64,000 nt of DNA from Tetramitus jugosus (taxonomy: Eukaryota; Protista; Heterolobosea), in assembly GCA_937625935.1 (NCBI GenBank), contig OW569379.1, forward strand, positions 124,001-188,000, written 5' to 3'. Shown here one piece after another: positions 54,901-62,546 of this stretch (its first letter is position 1; each line of letters begins with the position of its first letter). The notes below the pieces were generated by a model that did no database searches, was not told where the DNA came from, and was given only the letters and a program-made list of their open reading frames with translations. The translations under genes were made by a program, and so were the position numbers.

Positions 54901-56518
54901 TCAAAATGCAGGGATTAGAGAGCCTGCTATAGAGGATGGTGTCGTCACTGAATGGACAGATGAGCATGAGTTGAACTTATTAGACGCTCTAGTCAGAAGC
55001 CACGAAGAACCTACTGAAGAGAGCGATAAATCCATCAGTAATGCTGCAGGAGACAACATATTTCCCATCAGTGACGAGCTGTTAGACTATGTCAAGGACC
55101 TAGAAGACATATTCCAGTTTGTACAGATGGAGATTACTGGTGAGTTAAGTACTACAGATTCGTCCCAGACAGAATTCGCTTTGGATCAGACAAAGCCAGT
55201 GTTGGTATCTTTTGTAGATTGTGAAACAATCAACCTACAGAAATACCCTCACGGTGGTCCATGTGAGATTGCTGTACGAACGGAAGGTATGCCACCAGGT
55301 ACGATACTTTGTACTAGGTTGAATCCATTCCCATTAAGCACATCTTTCTGGAGTGATGACAGTATTTCGATACATGGTATTACACCAGAAGATGTAATTG
55401 GGCAGCCTTTGCTTGAGAAAGGTATTCAGGCCTTCTACAGATTAGTCACTTGTGACAGGAGATGTAGAGCCATCTGTGTTGCTTTCAACTCAGCATTCGA
55501 TGATTCCAGGATTACAAGTTGTAGTGAACTGGTACCAGAGTTTGATGAGTATGATGTTGTATGGGTGGATGCTAGGAAGCTTATTGGGGAAGAGTTTGTG
55601 TGTGATGATGAAGGTAGGATCATTGACAGGGTTGGCAAGCTTGCGGATATATTCAATCACCGACTAAAGCAGGTAGAACAGATAGATGAGTCAAAGATCC
55701 ATGGTGCTAGGTATGATACACATATGATGTACAGTCTGTTGGTACATAAGTACGGATCTGAAGAGAAGGTCAGAGAAGAAGTGATTAAACTTTCTCGTCA
55801 GAGGAAAGGTGTTGGATGTAACTGTACTGGTGGATGTGTATCATGCTCTTGTACTGTGGAAGGTTCTGCTGGCTGTACATTAGCCTGCGACTGCTTTGGA
55901 TGTGCTAACCCAATTCAACGTCGTGCTGCGTATGATCTTCTAGTGACGTTTGAAGATTTGACGGAAACAGCAATCAATAAGATGAAGAAGAATGAGCTGA
56001 AGATCATGCTGCATCACAGGAATTACGATATTCGTGGTACTAAGGACGATCTGAAATCTAGATTGTTGTCTGTTTTGAAAGGCAGTGGTGACTCAGTTCT
56101 GAAGTTTGGAAATAAGCAACCAGTGATTACAGATGATCAGGAATTGACCAGAGAGATGGTCTTGAAGATGTCTAAAGATGTACTGATTACTCAACTCTCG
56201 AAGAGATATAATGTTAGTGCGAACAAACATTCAACTGTTGGCGCTCTCATATATAAACTGTTGCAGGCAGCAAAGCTTGATCAAGAAGGAGATGAAGTGA
56301 TGACTGCGCCTAGGAAGAAGAAAAGAAACGCAAAGAGCAGCAAGCTGTCTACACAACCTTCTGTCTCTTCCAAGAAGAGAAAGTCTCCACCTGACAAAGA
56401 CTCTCAACAACCAACAAAGAAGAAGAAAGTTTCCACTAGTAAGAAACGTGATGCAGATGTATTAGACAGCTCTCAAGCATCTCCACAGAAACGAACTAAG
56501 AAGCATGATGCTTTATGA
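51950..56518 (+). CDS. P/THAP9-like DDE transposase fused to C2H2 finger, DEDDh 3'-5' exonuclease, CXC (tesmin/CRC-like) and SAP domains
   Basis: Transposase motifs ISFDG, CSDG, FDFSHLLKALRN (DxxH), DIMKM, LSTLAVELTF. Exonuclease motifs FVDCET, AFNSAFD, HGARYD. Also CNCTGGCVSCSC..CTLACDC..CAN and MKKNELKIML..GTKDDLKSRL. Confidence 0.85.
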   Translation: MSDDVPQYICSNLLHHSDAKQYYSLNRMVCLKCEQDRLKTGKSHQPYGLKKYCEECKKYISACNFSRPDRHKCFKKPAVLVDESSSIPLQSMDDTTRHENKYDYLKEFLQHVKDEVSQHQFVLWSGFKTKYIDLITSPIWNTTDLRNTITKNTLLGVDITFLLYDGMYYVCHRTVSAEFISAVVKSLVNMPAVGSGSDHSHNCSHTDVVHVKVDQSNSITQKECPGFTPSKFAKQYCSVHSCLVLMTGVIATQINSTDQYRSKWCKMFVTGKQQTCSMCSSAKKTLDQRGTRAQNAVDTGSIMGRNAYSTNTTALMLAKVNALQSSLYSANRKVKELQDEVDQLFHLNADGKDVDQKKQLFLKVCKALHQADGYPFFFQLYESQMDNFVKETRFLHRYDDTIKHFWKHFRHVAGPKAIDVLRGVQSENAGLEYNMFIPSNSTLDRIEDIGSYGAPPQLRVDEIHILLEDHVKQTGCKEYIISFDGIIVIPRYKYSEGLDKVLGGEVALTPEEYVSRSKEDLDDDLGNEVIQFLIHSIDGDVTIRAGHWVKPDKSNGVKFITSKLKTLVELFYKKDVCELIASCSDGDLCNDAVQSYMEKYMRDKYGTPWFHLFDFSHLLKALRNALLNRVLEPGGHQIHMNLLIDLCNKSPSDGVLSFIKDSWLNPPDIMKMLPCLEITSERVQTALKSLPEDMYSEQERSSALELSQYLGQIRSLYDCFMDVDMLQDKALTRLYGKSKPSETVTEDSLMSYICGWNASEKSAQFKLASQTSRHVTTTVNNLYKLVQYLNERQVSYYLKRSALSTLAVELTFCVTRGMQAYVTACEFSTLSGRSEWDQRIICTDPTIRRWSLPSDVQQPSKYYNACIIHYDTMPALKPKNDSKEKRLLHSDDVMKDMRLKLASQGETTGHKKTRSHCNTSHKKHWFQCGQCNRRPYHYPTALETHLGKVHKLSTEAAAAVVKDMKVAIMKEIIAERSTERRQAAQNAGIREPAIEDGVVTEWTDEHELNLLDALVRSHEEPTEESDKSISNAAGDNIFPISDELLDYVKDLEDIFQFVQMEITGELSTTDSSQTEFALDQTKPVLVSFVDCETINLQKYPHGGPCEIAVRTEGMPPGTILCTRLNPFPLSTSFWSDDSISIHGITPEDVIGQPLLEKGIQAFYRLVTCDRRCRAICVAFNSAFDDSRITSCSELVPEFDEYDVVWVDARKLIGEEFVCDDEGRIIDRVGKLADIFNHRLKQVEQIDESKIHGARYDTHMMYSLLVHKYGSEEKVREEVIKLSRQRKGVGCNCTGGCVSCSCTVEGSAGCTLACDCFGCANPIQRRAAYDLLVTFEDLTETAINKMKKNELKIMLHHRNYDIRGTKDDLKSRLLSVLKGSGDSVLKFGNKQPVITDDQELTREMVLKMSKDVLITQLSKRYNVSANKHSTVGALIYKLLQAAKLDQEGDEVMTAPRKKKRNAKSSKLSTQPSVSSKKRKSPPDKDSQQPTKKKKVSTSKKRDADVLDSSQASPQKRTKKHDAL

Positions 56519-56652
56519 TTAACAAGGTATTGATTATTCGAATCATGCAACAACATGAACCGCTCGCAACACACATATCATAACAATAACAGTAGCATAT
56601 GCTACACAGTCAGTTTCAAGTCATTTGCACAACTTTCCTCACTTCTCTATTG

Positions 56653-56670
56653 TCACATGACCCCCCCCTG
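56653..56670 (-). repeat. Right terminal inverted repeat (plus terminal TG)
   Basis: TCACATGACCCCCCCC-TG followed by GCAATTT. Confidence 0.85.
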
Positions 56671-56828
56671 GCAATTTGCAAGATGATGTTCGTTGAATGC
56701 TCGATTGGTATTGTGCACTCTTGGTCTTATACTTCTGGCAAGCTCAGATGAACATCAAGAAGTTCCAACAAAAGCTCTCAAAAAAAAATATCACAACAGT
56801 TCGCACTAACAAAATTCAAACCAGAACA

Positions 56829-57923
56829 ATGGCAGTGAAAGCCAGCAGAAAGTATAGCCAGACCGCTTTTGAAGAGCCATTACTTCTCAATATTTTTGAT
56901 TTGTTGCCTTGTGATCTACAATTGTACATTGTGACATACTTGGACCTTCAAGATTTGTTTTACATATCATTGAGTTGCCAACATGGTGCCTTCCTGGTGT
57001 TGAGTCCTGAGAATGATGGATATGTTTGGAAGTCCGTGGCTAATCACGTTGTGTTCAACAATAGCCACGAAGCTATTCAGATATTCAAGCAAGAATCGAA
57101 AGAACAGAAGGTCCATAACGAGAAGGAAGACAGGAAATTGTTTCAAGAGATGTCTCTGTTTGAGGGGGATAGTCACTCAACTCTGAATGCGGAGAGCAGT
57201 GGAATTACAGTTGAGCTTCGAGACAAGGATGAAACACTCACTGATGCTTCTTCACCAACCATGTGGAGAGAATTGGTTCGATCGAACTTGATCAGGTGGG
57301 ATCCAGATACAAGAACACCAGATACTGCCATACATATGCGCAACAGTAACAAGACAATATCTTGTGAGATGAGGGACAGGTGGAGCACTATACGAGCTGA
57401 TAGAAAACTTGAGATAGACAGGGTGCATTGTTGGGAGTACATATTCGATCATCATGACAATTTTGGAGATTACAACGCCTATAGAGTATTTGTTGGAATC
57501 GAGAGAAGTACCTATGCATTTACTGAAGTGGGATTCGACAAGATTATTGGTTTGAACAGTCAAGGAATTAGTTACAATGTTGGTGAACACGCGGTTCACA
57601 GAGATCATTCAGAACATCTCAATGACAGATCTATTCTACATGAAAAGAAATTTGTATTTGGCACAGGCGACACGATTGCCATCAAGCTGGATCTGAAAAG
57701 TTTGAGCAGTTCAAACACTGCTTCCATGTATCTCTTCAAGAACAATGAGTATTTCATGACCATCTCGGACATTCCCACACAAGATATCTTGTACTATCCT
57801 GCCATATCAGTCATTGGTTGTCATACGGTGTCCATTCGAATGAAGAACCCGTCTATTCTCCGTATAGATCGAGTAAAGTTGATAACGGACGATGAGGACT
57901 ATACAACGACACAACGACAGTGA
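56829..57923 (+). CDS. F-box + SPRY domain protein
   Basis: FDLLPCDLQLYIVTYLDLQDLFYISLSC; VFVGI..FGTGDTIAIKLD..LFKNNE..YYPAIS. Confidence 0.85.
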   Translation: MAVKASRKYSQTAFEEPLLLNIFDLLPCDLQLYIVTYLDLQDLFYISLSCQHGAFLVLSPENDGYVWKSVANHVVFNNSHEAIQIFKQESKEQKVHNEKEDRKLFQEMSLFEGDSHSTLNAESSGITVELRDKDETLTDASSPTMWRELVRSNLIRWDPDTRTPDTAIHMRNSNKTISCEMRDRWSTIRADRKLEIDRVHCWEYIFDHHDNFGDYNAYRVFVGIERSTYAFTEVGFDKIIGLNSQGISYNVGEHAVHRDHSEHLNDRSILHEKKFVFGTGDTIAIKLDLKSLSSSNTASMYLFKNNEYFMTISDIPTQDILYYPAISVIGCHTVSIRMKNPSILRIDRVKLITDDEDYTTTQRQ

Positions 57924-57995
57924 TATACGTCACATGTGCGAGCGAAACAAAAAGATAATCAAATTCTGGTAAGTGAATGTAATTTAACGTCTCAT

Positions 57996-59457
57996 CTATC
58001 TCAATCTTCGGCTGGTCCTCGAACCAGCTCGTGATTTCTTTCCTTTAGTTTTATTTCCTAGCAGTTCTATGACTGACATCTCTTCGGTTTCATATGATTC
58101 CTTGTGATCAAAGTATGTTTTCGCACGCCCATCTGAGAGATCATAGTCGGGCAGTGGAAGAAATTCTCGTTCTTTCAAGAACTTAATTAGTTGTTTGTTG
58201 ATTTGTTTGGCTCTCTTGAAGACGAGCAGACCGACTAGCTTATTGGCACCAAAGGAGCAGAAGTTATGAATGTGTAGCTGAGAGAAAACAGTTCTTTGAT
58301 CATCCAGTTTCCGAAGAGTTACCGCTGAAATCATGTACATATCTTTGGCATTCCTAGAACCATTGTAATTTAAAGGAGTGGAACATGTTTTCTGGACCAT
58401 GAGAGCTTCTTGCAGTTCGTCATTATATCTTCCTGAGCACACTTGCATGCTCGAACGACTACCGAACGGGAATCCAAGTTTGACGTGATAATCTAGCACT
58501 GCACAGCTCCTGTTATTCGATATCATCTTGTTTGGAAAGCGCTCTTCGAGGGTGGATGGACACAAGTATTCTAGTGTTTCTACTCCATGTACATTGTCAT
58601 CTAGTTTTACTATGTTCTCGCTGTTGAACAAGTATCTCTCACAGAATTCGAAAGAGAATGGCAAGATCCCCACATACTTGCTACAACTCCCTCCATTGTT
58701 CACCCATTCAACTTTTGGAAAGTAATCTATAATCTTTTTCGACGTAAACGCCATAATGTTCTGCTTCTTGTCTGATCCTACAAGCTTCCAATGATAAACA
58801 TCTTCTGTCAGCAGTTTGTAGAAAAATTCAAGTTCAAAATCATCAATGCATGGATCCCTAAAGTCATCATCCGAGAAGTTCATCTCAATTGCCTTTCTGA
58901 GAGTTCCATGTTGCCTCAAGAAGGCTTCTCCATGAGTATCTATCAAGTTCAACCATTCATCTGACCTAAGGAATCTAGGCAATACATCATAACTCATCTC
59001 TTGCTCCACAATATTCTTAATGGTCATAAATGCCTTGTTCACACACTCAAACGTCATCTCTCCACTGCTTGACGACTTCTTGACTGATTCTACACTCTTC
59101 AACACATTGTTCTTGTCGCGAGCAGAAATGTTCAATTCATGGTCTCCCTCACAAAAGTACTTTTCTACCAAGGTGTCCATCATTCTCAGAATTTTCATCG
59201 GGTCTTTCTCTCGGTTCATGAACCGGTTCAATTCCTCTAGCGACTCTAGGAACAGCAATGATTCTTCATTCCTTTGCTTCTTGAGGTGTAATCTTAGGCA
59301 TTCCCTACAGCTTGGACCTAGGTCACAGTAATAATTTAGGATGTCAGGCAGTGAGCAGTTAACACCCTCAGAAAAGCTTAGACATACCGGTTAAAATATC
59401 TTGAATTGTGAAAATGTATTCCTTGCACAATTGTGCAGCAGTTCTCTTCTTACTCAT
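57996..59457 (-). CDS. RGS domain + START-like domain protein; 2 exons (59457-59388, 59317-57996)
   Basis: NEESLLFLE, ELNIS, YDVLPRFLRSDEW (RGS), followed by a START-like region. Intron GTATGT...TAG at 59387-59318. Confidence 0.85.
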
Positions 59458-59789
59458 TGTTTCAATTTTGTTGGGGTTGTTTTTGTCGTTGTGGTTGTTG
59501 AGATGATGGATTCCACGATTTATTGACAGAGGATTGCTCTATCCAAAGGAGAAAGGTTCAAATGGAACCGTGAGCTTTTCGCTTCTTCTTTTTTCGATGC
59601 TCCTCCGGAAAGGCCGAATTCCACATTTTTGAACCGAAGCGCCCGAGCTCCGGAACGAGCGGGCAGAAATCTGTTCAGGCTTTCAGATGGTTGAACTGAA
59701 TTCACATACCACCACGGTTTCCGGCTTTTTTTTCCCACACAACTGTAGTTGCCCCTTTAATCAATACAACTGATTTAGTAAAATGCCGC

Positions 59790-59887
59790 TCTGCGTGGTG
59801 TTTTCTGAGTAGTTCTTTGACACAAAATCTCTTGATATCATCAACCAATCTCCTCAGTTTCTTGATTCCCATCTTGAGCGACACATC
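59790..59887 (-). pseudogene. Probable highly diverged 3'-end relic of a related non-LTR element (relic 3)
   Basis: KKLRRLVDDIKRFCVKELLR aligns without gaps to RKARSFVCWVKSRCITTLHR at the element C-terminus (7/20 identical). Confidence 0.4.
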
Positions 59888-59949
59888 ACTTGTTCACTTC
59901 CTATAAGGAAGACACAACAATGAGGCCATTGTTAGAATTATGAAGTGAT

Positions 59950-60212
59950 GGAGGAGATAACGCTCTTTGAGCGTTATCCATTGTAAATATTTAGAAAACA
60001 AAACAGAGCAACCAGTTGGTTGTATTAAAAAACGCTTGAAAGGATAGGTAAGGAAGGTGATACAAGGGAAAACATTATACATGAAGGGTTTCGGCGCACC
60101 TCCTTTTCACCATGTTCACAAATGTTCTGGCTCTCTTTTCAGCAATATCTTTCTTGATTCCGTTCTTCCTCATCCCTCTCATTATTTGATCCACTGCTTC
60201 ATTCTCTGTCCT
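59950..60212 (-). mobile_element. Short 3'-end relic of a second, diverged non-LTR element (relic 2): last 43 codons plus 3' UTR hairpin
   Basis: 60206-60075 translates ENEAVDQIMRGMRKNGIKKDIAEKRARTFVNMVKRRCAETLHV*, 22/43 identical to the ORF C-terminus. Shared ACGCTC-NNN-GAGCGT hairpin at 59956-59978. Confidence 0.75.
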
Positions 60213-60214
60213 AC

Positions 60215-62355
60215 TTTCTTTTAGTTTCTCGGATCGTCCTTGTGACGCTCGGAGAGCGTCTCCTCTTTCCTGTTAGTAACGCTCGCAGAGCGTTACTACT
60301 GTTTGCAGTCCTTTGATTGCTGGTAGAGTCTGTGAAGCGTTGTGATGCAGCGACTCTTCACCCAGCACACAAAACTACGGGCCTTTCGATGCGCTACTTC
60401 TTGTTTCATCCCATTTTTCATCAGCGCATCTGCCACCTGGTCGACAGCGCCGTTCTCTAATCCCATCATTCCCATGAGGTACTCTCTGCTCGACTTCCTC
60501 GGCATGGGCCACATGAATCCGTTTCTGAACAGCACTTTGTCAAACCATAGGGAGATGGCGGACTCTCGATGTAATGGAAGTTTGAGCAACTTGTTGTAGA
60601 CTTCCAGGACGAGTCTTCTCCTGGCATCAATTGCGTACTGACACCTGACAAGGCAATGGAGGATTGTATCAGGTTCAGTACCGCATCTCGGGCATAGATT
60701 GGACTCGTCATCATCGTACAAATAGTTACATACCACTCTGGTATGCAACGTACCACTACGTACTTGAGCGTGGAACCATTCCAACCGACGATCAACAACA
60801 AACGGATTCTTGAGAAAGTCGAACTGATTCTTATGTTCCATCGCAGCGACCTGCAACCACCATTGCGGATTCCGACAGATGAACGCCTTACGTTCCTGGA
60901 ACAATTCCTTCAGATCTTCTTTTCCCCTCGCATACTTACCATTGAATCTGATGGTATGTATGAACCCCTTTGTTTGATGCAACTCCAAATTCATGCACTC
61001 TGGCATTGCCATCACCGTGAGGGCCACCTCTTGGTAGGTTTTAGGCCCAAACCCCTTGCCAACCTCGGTTTTTAGTGACTCGAAGCTCTTGATTCTTCCC
61101 TCATGAAGTAGTTGTTGTTTCTGATACAGTCCAGCCCTACTGAGCAGTCTGAGGGACCTAGCTGGCAAGTAATTAGATAATTTGCACCCTTCACAGCGGC
61201 TATGGGAGTCATCAGTGATGATGATTCCCTTCTCGTGCAGCCTCATTGCGCACCATTTCATGAAAGAGTGTTTGACTTCCGTAACTCTGTGGTCCGACTG
61301 GAAGATGTTCTCCGACCGGAACGTGTAGTGTTTCTTGATGTACTCAAGAGTGTCCATCCACAGAACGTTACCTTCTTGATCTCTCTTCCCTCTCATCATG
61401 GATTTCACAAAAAGTGCTGTGCGAGTAGCAACTGCTTCCCAGAAGTTGTCTAGACCAATGGATCCCCACTCGGGGCCGATGTATAGTAACTCCGTGGGAT
61501 ATCTCAACATAGCTGTTGAACCATGTTTGATAAGCCTCTTTCCAACCATATTCACATCATCCATCGATTTCATCGTCCATTTTGTGAATTCACTTGCGTA
61601 CAAAAAGATGGGGTGTACACATGCGTTCACGATACGTGCAACTTGCCTGGGACCCAGATTCAAGACTTTGAGACGTTCAATGACTCTTCTGGCTTTAACC
61701 TTTGCTTGAGCAATCTGCTGATCAGTCTTGCCTTGGAGATTGAGGAATAGTCCGAGTGCACGGAAGTGCACCTTTGGCCCTTTGGCAGGCACTCTGGAGT
61801 TAGCTACCATAATGTCGTGCTCTTCAATATCGTCTCCTGGCTGTCTGACAAAGAGTTCGAGTTTGTTTGGGTGCATCTGCATCCGCAACATCTCCAATAC
61901 CCCACTCATATCATTAGCAATGCGTTCTATATCTTCCTTGGATTCTGACACAATGTTGCAGTCATCAACATACGCAATGTTCCAGATCTTTTGAGAGAGC
62001 GCCTGGTAACCAATTGCTCTACGTTGGGACTGTTCGATGTACCAATACATATGTAGTGGGATACAACGAGTCCCCTTGTCTCGTGCCCTTGTTGATTTTG
62101 AAGGGTCTCGAGAGTTGTCCTGCCAAAACTTGTGCCTCATTGTTCGACACCATATCAGTGACTAACTTGGTGATGTTGTCTGGGTAGCCGAAGAAATCGT
62201 ATACTGCATGTATTGCGTTGTGTGGGACTGAGTCAAAAGCCTTCGAGATGTCTGTTAATAAAAGGTATAGTTGTCTCTGCCTCCTATTCGCGTCATCAAC
62301 AATTCCTCTAATTATTGACAACTTTTCCCTAATATCTCTCATGCGTCCACCTCCT
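60215..62355 (-). mobile_element. 5'-truncated L1/Tx1-like non-LTR retrotransposon (RT + CCHC knuckle), frameshifted
   Basis: RT motifs DISKAFDSV, KGTRQGDSL.P and AYVDD; zinc knuckle CPRC..HCLVRC. Frameshift/deletion near 62043 splits ORFs 62019-62342 and 60296-62140. No endonuclease or ORF1. Boundaries approximate. Confidence 0.88.
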
Positions 62356-62400
62356 AGCGCTCTTTGCGGTGAAAAATGCCATAGAAGGCTCTCTTCAAGA

Positions 62401-62471
62401 GCATCTGTAGTGTAGGGGTATCATGCAGCGTTGCCATCGCTGCGACCCGGGTTCGAATCCCGGCAGATGCA
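62401..62471 (+). tRNA. tRNA-Gly(GCC)
   Basis: Acceptor stem GCATCTG/CAGATGC, anticodon arm CAGCG-TTGCCAT-CGCTG, T arm CCGGG-TTCGAAT-CCCGG, followed by TTTTT. Confidence 0.96.
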
Positions 62472-62546
62472 TTTTTGTGTTCGCTTCTCTTATTTTGTTC
62501 CAGGCAGAAGTGGAAATTGGCACCAACCACAACAAAACGATCAGAC

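Larger units (their letters stand above)
51682..56670 (+). mobile_element. P-element-superfamily DNA transposon, apparently full length (~5.0 kb)
   Basis: TIR GGGGGGGGTCA(C/T)G(A/T)GA at 51682-51697 and 56653-56668. Subterminal 16-bp inverted repeat. GCAATTT direct repeat at 51675-51681 and 56671-56677. Single intronless transposase ORF. Confidence 0.85.

Noticed and set aside
56592-56605. Perfect 14-bp palindrome GTAGCATATGCTAC in the transposon 3' region, matching the core of the EBV EBNA1 site
   Set aside because: Single occurrence with no viral context; the resemblance is most likely chance. It could at most be a local hairpin.
59961-62366. CGCTCTTTG at 59961 and 62358 as a possible retroelement TSD
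   Set aside because: The left copy is part of the conserved hairpin and lies beyond relic 2, so it does not mark the element's 3' junction. No convincing TSD was found.
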